64,000 bases of DNA from contig OY970175.1 in NCBI GenBank assembly GCA_963707865.1, positions 396,305-460,304 on the forward strand. The letters are read 5' to 3'. The position numbers were made by a program, and so were the translations under genes. Positions 29,601 to 37,823 of the stretch are shown here, in pieces; position 1 is the first letter of the stretch, and every line of letters begins with the position of its first letter. This DNA is from an uncultured bacterium (GTDB lineage: Bacteria > Patescibacteriota > Minisyncoccia > UBA6257 > 2-01-FULL-56-20). The notes beneath the pieces were generated by a model that saw only the letters and a program-made list of their open reading frames with translations, searched no databases and was not told where the DNA came from.

Positions 29601-29808
29601 GATTATCACGAAGAACGGCCAGCCGATGATCTTCGCGACGATTGAAGACGCCTCGCAAAAGCCGTTGGAGGTCGTGGTGTTCAATAGCGTTCTTGAAAAG
29701 ACCGCGCCCGCGTGGGTGATGAACGCCGCGATTATCGTCCAGGGGAGAATCTCGCCGCGCGACGGCGAGGCGAAGTTGATCTGCGACAACGCGAAGCGGC
29801 TTAGTTAG
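26608..29808 (+). CDS. dnaE: DNA polymerase III alpha subunit
   Basis: FVHLHTHSHYSLLDG PHP domain, GPGRGSAAGS, MPDIDID. Confidence 0.98.
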   Translation: MSNKFVHLHTHSHYSLLDGLSKIDDLVKRTKELGMDAVALTDHGVLYGAVEFYKSAKKSGIKPILGVETYVAPRDRFSKEATEKYYHLVLLAENQTGWKNLIKLVSKAHLEGFYYRPRVDKDLLHTHHEGIIALSACLGGEIGQALFAGRLDEAKRIAQDYEAIFGKGNYFLEIQKHPHIPESEKIEEGLIALSRETDIPLVATQDSHYLRPEDNEYHDVLLAVQTGNKLADDDRMTMKMDDFSLPSPEAMAEKFAAMPGGTEALERTAEIASRCNVELELGKVLLPSFPKPDGKTASGYLRELIEERLQKKFPSEADTKEVRDRLEYELGVIEKTGFANYFLIVQDLITWAKAHGIAVGPGRGSAAGSLVSYVLDITDLNPLTYGLLFERFLNPERIQMPDIDIDFADARRDEVLAYAREKYGEDRVARIITFGTMAARAAIRDAGRAMGYSYAFCDQIAKLIPFNPTQGMKEGWLDECLARVQELKALYDTNPEAKKLIDTARHLEGVARHASVHACGTVIAKEPLMERVPLQFAPQEKNIIITQFEMHAIEDLGLLKIDLLGLKNLTIIEDAIRLVKELRGETVNISQIPLDDKKTFALLQKADTTGVFQFESSGMRRYMKEIGPTVLEDLIALVALFRPGPMELIPSFIKRKHGEEKIAYLHPKLEPILKNTYGIGVYQEQMMQIARDLAGYTLPEADTLRKAIGKKIKSLLDEQGAKLVKGMLKNGIPEKTAKAIWELFPPFARYGFNRSHAACYALIGYQTAYLKAHYPEEFTAALLNAEVSDIERISFFIQEAKQSGIDILPPDINKSFMSFTPEGEKIRFGLEAVKNVGSEITRAIIEERTRRGPFKNFEDVLMRIQHKDLNKKSLESLVKAGAFDSLGIERNQALANMDDILRFANAARKMGNQNSGGSLFGDTIGTAALKLKPAPPATNAERLAWEKELIGFYLSEHPLTAHAEKLKAAGVKPIAELIAIKNERLIVRTAGVITKLRKIITKNGQPMIFATIEDASQKPLEVVVFNSVLEKTAPAWVMNAAIIVQGRISPRDGEAKLICDNAKRLS

Positions 29809-30214
29809 ACCCCTTGTGCTGCAGGCCGCTGTGATATTTCGCGGGCCCGTGGGGCACGAGGACCGCAATCTCCACATACCAACCGAAGTCCAAGAGGTGT
29901 CGTTCCACGTCCCCTTTTAGCGCCGTTTGGTCATATCCCAAGGCGATCACGTCGGGACGGTAATTTCTTACCACTTCATAGGTGCCGAGCTGCGCATCGC
30001 CGGGGACGACGAGGTCGGCCAGTATTTCGGCTTTAAGCGCGTTAATTCTTGTCTCTAGGTTGCGGCGCGGCGGATGGTGTTTTAGCTGCCCCACAACCTC
30101 GTCCTGCGCAACGGCGACGATCAAACGGTCGCCGTATGCCCGCGCCTGCCTTAAAAACGCGCGATGGCCTTCGTGAATCCCATCAAATGTCCCAAACACC
30201 AAAACTTTCCGCAT
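29801..30214 (-). CDS. Cytidylyltransferase-family protein (FAD synthase RibL-like)
   Basis: FGTFDGIHEGH, PDVIALGYDQ. Confidence 0.8.
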   Translation of the reverse strand: MRKVLVFGTFDGIHEGHRAFLRQARAYGDRLIVAVAQDEVVGQLKHHPPRRNLETRINALKAEILADLVVPGDAQLGTYEVVRNYRPDVIALGYDQTALKGDVERHLLDFGWYVEIAVLVPHGPAKYHSGLQHKGSN

Positions 30215-30223
30215 GTGGGGACG

Positions 30224-31693
30224 TTATTTCTTCAGCCGCATGAGCGGGAAAAACACACATTCGCGCATCGGCCGATCCATAAGCACCGCAAAGAGCCGCT
30301 CAGAAACGCCGAGTCCGCCCGCGGGCGGCATGCCATACGAAAGCGCTTCCAAAAAATCCTCGTCCAAAAATTGTGCTTCTCTGTCCCCCGCCGCTCGAAG
30401 CTCCATCTGCTCTTCAAAACGCACGCGCTGGTCAATCGGGTCGTTCAGCTCCGAGAAACCCTTGCCGAGCTCCGTGCCCACAGCCATAATTTGGAACCGT
30501 TCCACCACGTTTGGATTCCCGGGTTTGCGCTTCGCAAGCGGTTCGATCGCGACCGGCGGATCTACGAGGAAACACGGCTCAACTAAGTGAGGACGCACAG
30601 TTTTTTTGTAGATAAGATCAATAAGGCGCCCCTTGCCCAGATTCTTTTCCGGCTCAAGTTTCAATTCCTTTGCCTTCTTGAACAACGCGTCGCGCGTCGC
30701 AGCGGCCGGATCAATGCCGTTCGCGGCTTTGAACGCTTCAACGTAATCCACTTTCTTCCATTTTTTTGACCAGTCAATCTTTTTGCCGAGGTACTCCGTC
30801 GCAAGCCCGCCGCATGTTTTTTTAATAACTTCCTTATAAACTTTTTCGGTAAGCTCCATTGTGTCGTTATAGTCGCGGTACGCCCAATAGAACTCCAGTT
30901 GGGTGTAATCTTGTAGGTGCTCGCGATCAATGCCTTCGTTCCTAAAAATGTGGCCGATCTCAAAAACCTTTTCAAAACCGCCCACAAGGAGCCGCTTCAG
31001 CGGCAATTCCAACGAAATTCTCAAATAAAAATCCGTATCCAGCGCGTTGTGATGTGTTTTGAACGGTTCCGCTTCCGCGCCGCCCGGCAGCTGCTCCAAA
31101 ACCGGCGTTTCCACCTCCAAAAATCCCTCTTGTTTCAATGCGTTCCGAAACGTTTCCCAAAACACCGTCTTCTTCCTAAACAGCTCCCGTAGCTCAGGTG
31201 TCGCGATAAGATCAAGATATCGCTTCCGCAAACGAACCTCTGGATCTTCAAGTCCCTCCCACTTATCCGGCAACGGCAATAAACTTTTCGCCGCCATCGC
31301 GAGCCCCTGCGCTTCCAAACTTTTCTCGCCGCGCTTCGTGGTAAAGAGAACACCCGTCACCGAAATAAAATCGCCGATGTCCAGAACCGATCGCCAGAAC
31401 TCCAAACCGCGCGCGTCCTTGAGCGCATCTTCCTTCAAAACAACCTGAATCTTCCCACTCTCGTCTTCTAAGTCAACGAATGCGATCTTCCCCTGATCGC
31501 GCAGACTCCGCAACCGTCCCGCGAGCGAAACGCTCTTCTTTGATTTCTCCAGCTCCTCAAAATCACGAAGGGCCTCCGCGATCACAAACGTCCGCACCAC
31601 CCGCGCCGGATAAGGATCTATCCCCGCCTTTCGTAAAAGTTCCAGTTTCTTCTGCCGCTCCTTGATAATATCTTCCAGCATCCTTTCCATCAT
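30224..31693 (-). CDS. lysS: Lysine-tRNA ligase (class II)
   Basis: YLRISLELPLKRLLVGG, FRNEG, YGMPPAGGLG. Confidence 0.97.
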   Translation of the reverse strand: MMERMLEDIIKERQKKLELLRKAGIDPYPARVVRTFVIAEALRDFEELEKSKKSVSLAGRLRSLRDQGKIAFVDLEDESGKIQVVLKEDALKDARGLEFWRSVLDIGDFISVTGVLFTTKRGEKSLEAQGLAMAAKSLLPLPDKWEGLEDPEVRLRKRYLDLIATPELRELFRKKTVFWETFRNALKQEGFLEVETPVLEQLPGGAEAEPFKTHHNALDTDFYLRISLELPLKRLLVGGFEKVFEIGHIFRNEGIDREHLQDYTQLEFYWAYRDYNDTMELTEKVYKEVIKKTCGGLATEYLGKKIDWSKKWKKVDYVEAFKAANGIDPAAATRDALFKKAKELKLEPEKNLGKGRLIDLIYKKTVRPHLVEPCFLVDPPVAIEPLAKRKPGNPNVVERFQIMAVGTELGKGFSELNDPIDQRVRFEEQMELRAAGDREAQFLDEDFLEALSYGMPPAGGLGVSERLFAVLMDRPMRECVFFPLMRLKK

Positions 31694-31771
31694 ACCACTG
31701 ATTTAAAAATTTTTTAATGACCCGCATGAAATGATATCTGGATAAGCTACGAAAAGGAAAAATGCGCGGCA

Positions 31772-32218
31772 ATGCAGCGCTACAGAAGGATTGAGCGAAT
31801 ATGGTGTCCCGCGCTTCGAGAATATGTTGTGTTCAACAGAATCGGATTTCAGCATCTCGTTCGCGGGGGAAGCGTCCAACGGCCAAAAAGCGAGCAAAAA
31901 CGAAGATTCAAATTAATTCCTTACATAACGGACATCCTTACCGATCCGAACGCCAGTATCACTGAAAAAGAAGGGACTATCAAACACCAAATGAAAATCC
32001 GAGGAGAGAAAATCCCCGTGGCATCGCCGGCACATTTCTGGGTATTCACCAATCGGCGTAATGGGCAAACAATCAAGCTCGTAGTCAGGCAATTCAACGG
32101 CAAAGAAAAACATTTTCTTAGCATTTATGCTAAAAAACCCTCCAAAAATGAAGGGTTCCTTAGCATGCCTGCTGTCGACAATGAAACATCGACAGGGACA
32201 ACCGCCCCGCAGGCATAG
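31772..32218 (+). CDS. Hypothetical protein, possible RelE/BECR-fold nuclease
   Basis: Basic 148-aa ORF, FNRIGFQHL...IKLVVRQ...HFLSIY; family call is by pattern only. Confidence 0.5.
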   Translation: MQRYRRIERIWCPALREYVVFNRIGFQHLVRGGSVQRPKSEQKRRFKLIPYITDILTDPNASITEKEGTIKHQMKIRGEKIPVASPAHFWVFTNRRNGQTIKLVVRQFNGKEKHFLSIYAKKPSKNEGFLSMPAVDNETSTGTTAPQA

Positions 32219-32222
32219 TTTT

Positions 32223-32272
32223 ATATTAGGACACCGTATCCTAAAGTCAAATATCTTTTAAGAATTTTTTAA
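32223..32272 (-). promoter_or_regulatory. TTAA-N7-TTAA-N7-TTGACT-N16-TAATAT promoter
   Basis: Same architecture at 48401-48450 and 61016-61065. Confidence 0.65.
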
Positions 32273-32282
32273 TGAAAATCAA

Positions 32283-32304
32283 GCGCACAGGCCTGGATTC
32301 GAAC
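32283..32304 (+). repeat. att-like repeat, short form
   Basis: GCGCACAGGCCTGGATTCGAAC. Confidence 0.8.
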
Positions 32305-32308
32305 GGAG

Positions 32309-32523
32309 GAATAAGCGTCCCTTTCCACTTTTGGGAAATCTAGCGGAGTGGCGAGGAAAATCAACGGGGCATAAGCTGCCTGCCCGCCTTTGCGAACCGT
32401 GCGGAGGCCGAGCTAAAAATCCGCGAGCGAAAAGAAAATCCGCCGGGTGCCCCCGCCGAAGGCGAGAGGGTGGCAGATTTTCGTTGCGAGCGGGTTCCGA
32501 AAAAGCGGAAGGGGTGCTTATTC
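32309..32523. repeat. Long hairpin family A, copy 1 (overlaps greA stop)
   Basis: Terminal inverted repeats plus the CCCCGCCGAAGGCGAGAGGGTGGCA core. Confidence 0.8.
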
Positions 32524-32976
32524 TATCTTCACGATCTCATACGTCGCCGCCCCTGCCGGCGTCGCAACCTCCACCGTCTCCCCCACTTTTTTCTTTAAAA
32601 ACGCCTTGCCGAGCGGCGATTCGTCGGAGATGCGACCCTCCTCCGGCTTCGCTTCATACGAACCGACAATGGTGTACGCCACAGTTTTCTCCCCCCGCCG
32701 CGCTGTTACAGTAGAACCAACGGTTACGGTGTCGCTCCCTTCCGTTTTTTTAATTGTCACCGCCTGTTTCAAAAGATCCTCAAGCTCGGCGATCCGCGTT
32801 TCCACGTTCGCCTGTTCCTCGCGCGCTTCGGCATACTCCGAGTTCTCGGAAAGGTCGCCGTATTCCTTCGCCTGCTTCAAACGTTCGGCCACTTCCACGC
32901 GCTTTTTACTTTTGAGTTTTTCCAGCTCCTCCGCAAATTCTTCAAAGCGCTCTTTCGTAAGATATTGTTTCGTCAT
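32518..32976 (-). CDS. greA: Transcription elongation factor GreA
   Basis: GDLSENSEY, ISDESPLGKA. Confidence 0.97.
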   Translation of the reverse strand: MTKQYLTKERFEEFAEELEKLKSKKRVEVAERLKQAKEYGDLSENSEYAEAREEQANVETRIAELEDLLKQAVTIKKTEGSDTVTVGSTVTARRGEKTVAYTIVGSYEAKPEEGRISDESPLGKAFLKKKVGETVEVATPAGAATYEIVKIE

Positions 32977-32999
32977 TGTTAATAGCTACTAAGGATACA

Positions 33000-33725
33000 C
33001 TACTTGTATTTTCCTGTCCACAACCACCAACGAACTCTTGCCATATCCCGCAAAAACTGCACACCGCCCGAGAATTTTACATGCGAACTGGCATCGTTCA
33101 CCCAATGGACAGGCACTTGCGCGATTTTATATCCCATCGTCTTTGCAAGCGCAAGCGCCTCAAAATCAAATCCCCAACCGGGGAGCTGCGATTTTTCGAA
33201 CACTTTCATCGCAGCGTCTGCCGTAAACGCCTTAAAACCGCACTGGGTATCCCAAATGCCCGGGAGGAGCAGGAGCTGGACGAGGAGATTCAACGCCTTC
33301 CCGATAAGCTGGCGCCACCATGGTTCCGGAGGGTCAAGTTTGGCACCTGCGACCGCCCGCGAGCCAATCACCACTTCATATCCTTCTTTAAAGAGCGGGA
33401 TCATCTGATCAAACTGGTCAATAGAAGTAGAGTTATCAGCATCGGTAAAAAGCCGGATAGTGCCGCTTGCAAGGAGCATCCCCTGCCGCACGACACCTCC
33501 TTTGCCCTTATTCTCTACGTTGTCTATAAGTTTCAAATTCCTCACAAGCTTTTTCATCTTCTCCACAACCTCCGCCGTGTTGTCTTTTGAACCATCGTTC
33601 ACCACCAAAATCTCATACGAATATGCGGGGTGTTCCAAACGTCTGCCGATATCAAGCAACGTTTTTGGGAGCCGCTCCGCCTCGTTGTAGGCCGGTACGA
33701 TGATGGAAAGATAAGGTTGTGCCAT
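33000..33725 (-). CDS. GT2 glycosyltransferase (dolichyl-phosphate glucosyltransferase-like)
   Basis: IVPAYNEA, VNDGSKD, FTDAD, DTQCGFK. Confidence 0.9.
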   Translation of the reverse strand: MAQPYLSIIVPAYNEAERLPKTLLDIGRRLEHPAYSYEILVVNDGSKDNTAEVVEKMKKLVRNLKLIDNVENKGKGGVVRQGMLLASGTIRLFTDADNSTSIDQFDQMIPLFKEGYEVVIGSRAVAGAKLDPPEPWWRQLIGKALNLLVQLLLLPGIWDTQCGFKAFTADAAMKVFEKSQLPGWGFDFEALALAKTMGYKIAQVPVHWVNDASSHVKFSGGVQFLRDMARVRWWLWTGKYK

Positions 33726-33747
33726 TGTTGGAAAATTATAGCATGAA

Positions 33748-34503
33748 TCAGACAGTGAGAATCCACGGGCCGTTCTTGGTGACCGCCACGGTATGCTCAA
33801 AATGCGCCGCGAGCGATCCGTCGGCTGTGGCCCAGCTCTCGTCGCGCAATTGTTTGAGGGGGGAATTACCAAGCACGAGCATCGGCTCTATCGCAAGCAC
33901 TATGCCCTCCTGCAGTTCTTCGCCTTCTCCCTTACGGCCCACATTGAGCACGGTCGGATCTTCGTGGAGCGAGCGGCCGATACCGTGTCCCGTAAGTCCG
34001 TCCGCAACGCTGCACCTATTCTTTTTTGCCGTCTTTTCTACTGTGTAACCGATGTCGCCCAATGTCTTGCCAATCCTTACCTCCGAAATCGCAGCGCGGA
34101 GCGCTTCTTTTGTGGTCACAACGAGCCGCTCCGCCTCCTTGCCGACCTTCCCTACTGCCACGGTAAGCGCCGCGTCAAGATAAAATCCTTTGTACAAAAG
34201 ACCGAGATCCAGTTTCACGAGATCGCCATCTTTCACAACGTAATCGGCTGGCTGGCCATGCACAACGACATCGTTCAACGAAGTACAGAGCGAATACGGA
34301 TAGGCACGGCGCGCGCCGGCGGGCCGATAGTGCAAAAACGCCGGCTTCGCTCCGGATGTATGGATGAGTTGATACGCCAGCCGGTCAAGGTGCTTCGTCG
34401 TTACGCCCGCACGCGTTTCTTCCGCGAGACGTCGTAGCACCTCTCCAAGCCGCCGACCGCCTTCCGCCATCACCTCAATCTCTTCAGGCGTCTTGAGGAT
34501 CAT
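33748..34503 (-). CDS. map: Methionine aminopeptidase type I
   Basis: GHGIGRSLHEDP, AIEPM, AHFEHT. Confidence 0.96.
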   Translation of the reverse strand: MILKTPEEIEVMAEGGRRLGEVLRRLAEETRAGVTTKHLDRLAYQLIHTSGAKPAFLHYRPAGARRAYPYSLCTSLNDVVVHGQPADYVVKDGDLVKLDLGLLYKGFYLDAALTVAVGKVGKEAERLVVTTKEALRAAISEVRIGKTLGDIGYTVEKTAKKNRCSVADGLTGHGIGRSLHEDPTVLNVGRKGEGEELQEGIVLAIEPMLVLGNSPLKQLRDESWATADGSLAAHFEHTVAVTKNGPWILTV

Positions 34504-35098
34504 ATTTGTTTACGGCCGCAGCGATCCTTTTCCAAACCTCGGCCCGAGTTCCCAAGCCAGAGATCTTTTTAAAGACGTATTTCTTTTTAAAGAACGCCAC
34601 CACGCGCGTAACCTGCTCTGCATAATACCGTCTCCGGTTTTTGATCGCCCGTTCCCGATCATCGCTCCGCTTTATCAGTTTTCCTCCTGCGTATTCCCTC
34701 CGTTTTTCCGCCCGCTTTATAGTTTCAGACATCGGAACGCTCAAATAAATGACCTTCGGATCGCTTCGCTTATGCTGCCTGAGCAATCTTGCAACCAGCT
34801 TTGCTTCTCCGATCATTTTTGGAGTGCCATCGAAAAGAATGCCCTGCCCGCGAGGAACGGCGCGGATGACATGCCGGTGAATGTCCCGCACGAGCCATGT
34901 GGGAGTGAGCTTTCCCATGCCAGCGGTCCGCGCATAGTCAAACCTCCTCCGCACCGTGGGCTTCCTCAATTCCCGTCCCATATCAAAATCATAAAAGCTA
35001 TACTTCTTCACAAGGCGGGCTGCTTGCGTCGCTTTTCCGGACGCCGGATCCCCCAGCAAAATAAGATTAAAAGGTTTTTTGCTCGTACTTTTGTTCAT
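34484..35098 (-). CDS. Adenylate kinase-family NMP kinase (second copy)
   Basis: GDPASGKATQ, FDGTPK, RSDD. Confidence 0.8.
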   Translation of the reverse strand: MNKSTSKKPFNLILLGDPASGKATQAARLVKKYSFYDFDMGRELRKPTVRRRFDYARTAGMGKLTPTWLVRDIHRHVIRAVPRGQGILFDGTPKMIGEAKLVARLLRQHKRSDPKVIYLSVPMSETIKRAEKRREYAGGKLIKRSDDRERAIKNRRRYYAEQVTRVVAFFKKKYVFKKISGLGTRAEVWKRIAAAVNKYDPQDA

Positions 35099-35681
35099 GC
35101 GCGTGCGCACCCGCGATCCCCAGCGCGGCATCAATGTTCTTCTCGATCTCTTCGATTGAAGGTCGCCCGTCAACTGCAATAAAAGTTGTCTCTTTCTTCA
35201 AATACTCTGTCATTGGCACCGTCGCCTCCTCATAGGCGCGGAGGCGCTCATTGATGCCTTCGGGCGTGTCGTCCGCCCTCCCCTCCTTTTGGGCACGGAG
35301 CAACAACCGTTTGAAGGTTTCCTCCCTCGGCAGGTCCAGAAAAACAGTCAAAGGTTTTTTCCTGTTCTGGCTTTTGAGAAAACCGATCAAAAACTCCGCC
35401 TGCCCAATCCGCCTCGGAATACCGTCAAAAACGATTCCCTGGTCGGCAGGAATGGTCGCGAGCTTAGCCTTCGCAACTTCAATAATGAGCTCGTCGGAAA
35501 GCAACACTCCCTGGTCAATGACGGAAATCTTTTTAGCGAGAGGAGTATCTCCCGCTCTTATCTCCCGGAGGATCCCACCCATCTCCCAAAACAAAAATCC
35601 CAGCTTCTCCGCCAGTAATTTTCCCTGCGTCCCCTTCCCCGATCCCTGCGGGCCGAGGACAAGTACGGTGTCAAAATCCAT
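35067..35681 (-). CDS. adk: Adenylate kinase
   Basis: GPQGSGKGTQ, FDGIPR, GRADD. Confidence 0.9.
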   Translation of the reverse strand: MDFDTVLVLGPQGSGKGTQGKLLAEKLGFLFWEMGGILREIRAGDTPLAKKISVIDQGVLLSDELIIEVAKAKLATIPADQGIVFDGIPRRIGQAEFLIGFLKSQNRKKPLTVFLDLPREETFKRLLLRAQKEGRADDTPEGINERLRAYEEATVPMTEYLKKETTFIAVDGRPSIEEIEKNIDAALGIAGAHAHEQKYEQKTF

Positions 35682-35696
35682 GTTACTATCATAAAG

Positions 35697-36413
35697 ATGA
35701 ATGTGGTTCCCGTCAAAACCCGCATCTTTAAGGAAGGAGATGACCTCCTCGCCTTCATACGAAAATACGTGAAGACGCTCCCCGAGCGGTCGCTTCTCGT
35801 CGTCACGTCAAAGATCGTCGCGCTCGCCGAAGGCCGAAGCGCAATCGCAAAAACGGAACGGGAAAAGGGGCGGCTCATCAAACAAGAAAGCGAGTGGGCC
35901 ATGCGCACCAAATATGTCTGGCTTACCATCCGCGACAGGATGGTGATGGCGTCGGCGGGTATTGACGAGTCCAACGGGAACGGAAAACTAATCCTTCTGC
36001 CAAAAGACAGCTTTGCCGCCGCCGCGCACATGCGAAAGCAATTGCAAAAGCACTATGGCGTGAAAAAACTCGGCGTGATCGTGAGCGACAGCCGCGCCTT
36101 TCCGCTCCGCAGCGGCATCGTGGGCGTCGCATTGGGCTACGCAGGATTTAAGGGCATAAAGAACTATTGCGGGAAACCCGACATCTTTGGCCGTAAGTTT
36201 CTATTTTCCAAGGTAGATATCGCCGACAGCCTCGCGACCGCCGCGGTCCTCACGATGGGTGAGGGCAACGAACGCCAGCCGCTCGCCGTCATCAAAGATC
36301 CTCCCGTGCAATTTGTGAATCGCATCTCCCGCCACGAACTGGAAATAAACCTCGCCGACGACCTCTACCAGCCATTCTTTGAGAACATCAAAACGTTGCA
36401 CTTGAAGAAGTGA
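35697..36413 (+). CDS. CofE-like (F420:glutamate ligase family) protein
   Basis: VTSKIVALAEG, SAGIDESN, MGEGNERQP. Confidence 0.85.
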   Translation: MNVVPVKTRIFKEGDDLLAFIRKYVKTLPERSLLVVTSKIVALAEGRSAIAKTEREKGRLIKQESEWAMRTKYVWLTIRDRMVMASAGIDESNGNGKLILLPKDSFAAAAHMRKQLQKHYGVKKLGVIVSDSRAFPLRSGIVGVALGYAGFKGIKNYCGKPDIFGRKFLFSKVDIADSLATAAVLTMGEGNERQPLAVIKDPPVQFVNRISRHELEINLADDLYQPFFENIKTLHLKK

Positions 36414-36416
36414 GCA

Positions 36417-36860
36417 CTACCCTCGGTATTTTTCAAACTGATCTTTGTAAAGTTGAAGTGCGCGCACGACGCCCTGGTGAAGCGGCCGCGGCAAAGCATC
36501 CAGGCGGAACCATCCGATCTCGTCTATCTTTTCCCGCTCGTTGTTTTTCACCTCTCTCGGGTCAACTTTGATGAAAAAAGGGATGAGGACCCAGTGCGTC
36601 TTCTTCCCATTCCATTCCCTCACCATGGAGTACGGCGGAAGCTGTTCCTGAATGCTCCCCGCACAACCATATTCTTCAAGTAGCTCTTTTAAAACATTTT
36701 CTTCAGGCGAAAGACCGAATTCCAACTTTCCGCCTCCTACCTCCCACCGGCCATGCTCATCCCGCGTTTTATTGCTCCGTTTCTGAAACAAAAAATTTCC
36801 CTTCCCATCGTTGCAGTAAAAAAGGGTTGAAATGCCCGTATAATCAACGCCGATTTCCAT
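36417..36860 (-). CDS. NUDIX hydrolase
   Basis: GGGKLEFGLSPEENVLKELLEEYG. Confidence 0.8.
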   Translation of the reverse strand: MEIGVDYTGISTLFYCNDGKGNFLFQKRSNKTRDEHGRWEVGGGKLEFGLSPEENVLKELLEEYGCAGSIQEQLPPYSMVREWNGKKTHWVLIPFFIKVDPREVKNNEREKIDEIGWFRLDALPRPLHQGVVRALQLYKDQFEKYRG

Positions 36861-36914
36861 GGCTTTCAAAAACTATACCACAACACCGGGAGAACGGGTC
36901 TTTCGTTCTATTTA

Positions 36915-36941
36915 GCGCACAGGCCCGGACGATCTTCGAAC
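36915..36941 (+). repeat. att-like repeat, long form
   Basis: GCGCACAGGCCCGGACGATCTTCGAAC. Confidence 0.8.
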
Positions 36942-37011
36942 AGTCCTTTCCGTGGGTATCCCAAGCTGTGAAAAGATGCCGATTTTTCATTAGGATGGTA
37001 AGATACGAAAT

Positions 37012-37572
37012 ATGAAAGAATCTTTTCCGGATTCATCGGGAAGTGCTCTCACAGAACACGATTCTCAAAAAGAGCATCGAACACCAATGGAAATTACGAC
37101 CGCCAAAGGGTCTGTTTATAAATATTTGCCAGATGGGCGTACTCAGCGCTTTAAGCAGGCAACGGGAGAATTAAACGATCCTCAGGATTCCATCGTTTTT
37201 ATACCTCCTTGGGACATGATAAAAGCACCCGCCATGAAAGCGTATCCAGAAATATTTGGGCATATTGAAAACGAAGCTCAATACGAACAAGTCTTATTGG
37301 AATACGCATAACTGAGTGGTCGTACCATAAGGATAATGGACGAAAATAGCAAAGAGTTTTTCAGTAATCAGGAAATAGCCGCAGCCACTAATATCTTTTT
37401 GGCTTTTATTGATAGAGCTAATTCCAAAAATACCTTCACCTTACCGGCGTCAAAAGAACCCAAAATCGGATACGAAACTTATGATACGCGGAAATTCATC
37501 GGCAAAGATGGGCAAACTTATCGTGAACGGCATATCGGCAATAAAGTTGTCGACATTAAATACTCATCATAA
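37012..37572 (+). pseudogene. Hypothetical gene with one in-frame TAA at 37309-37311
   Basis: ORFs 37012-37311 and 37336-37572 share a frame and the linker is open (EYA*LSGRTIRIM). Confidence 0.65.
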
Positions 37573-37580
37573 GAATTCTC

Positions 37581-37602
37581 GTGCACGGGACAGGATTCGA
37601 AC
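37581..37602 (+). repeat. att-like repeat, short form
   Basis: GTGCACGGGACAGGATTCGAAC. Confidence 0.75.
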
Positions 37603-37650
37603 CATAGATAGTTCAGAGTGGAAGATCTGAGAGCAAACACAAAAGAAAAG

Positions 37651-37823
37651 AGCGCCCTCCTCCGCTTTTGAGGAACCTAGCGGAGGCGAGGAATAAGCGC
37701 GCTCCGAGTGAGCAGAAAATTTGACGGGACCCCCGCCGAAGGCGAGAGGGTGGCAAATTTTCGTAAGCGAGCGAGGAGAGCGCCCGAGCCGAAGCGGGTT
37801 CCGAAAAAGCGGAAGGGGGCGCT
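37651..37823. repeat. Long hairpin family A, copy 2 (abuts secY stop)
   Basis: AGCGCCCTCCTCCGCTTTT / AAAAGCGGAAGGGGGCGCT arms with the same core. Confidence 0.85.

Noticed and set aside
37309-37311. Stop-codon recoding (alternative genetic code)
   Set aside because: A single TAA only; TAA, TAG and TGA all end conserved genes normally in this window.
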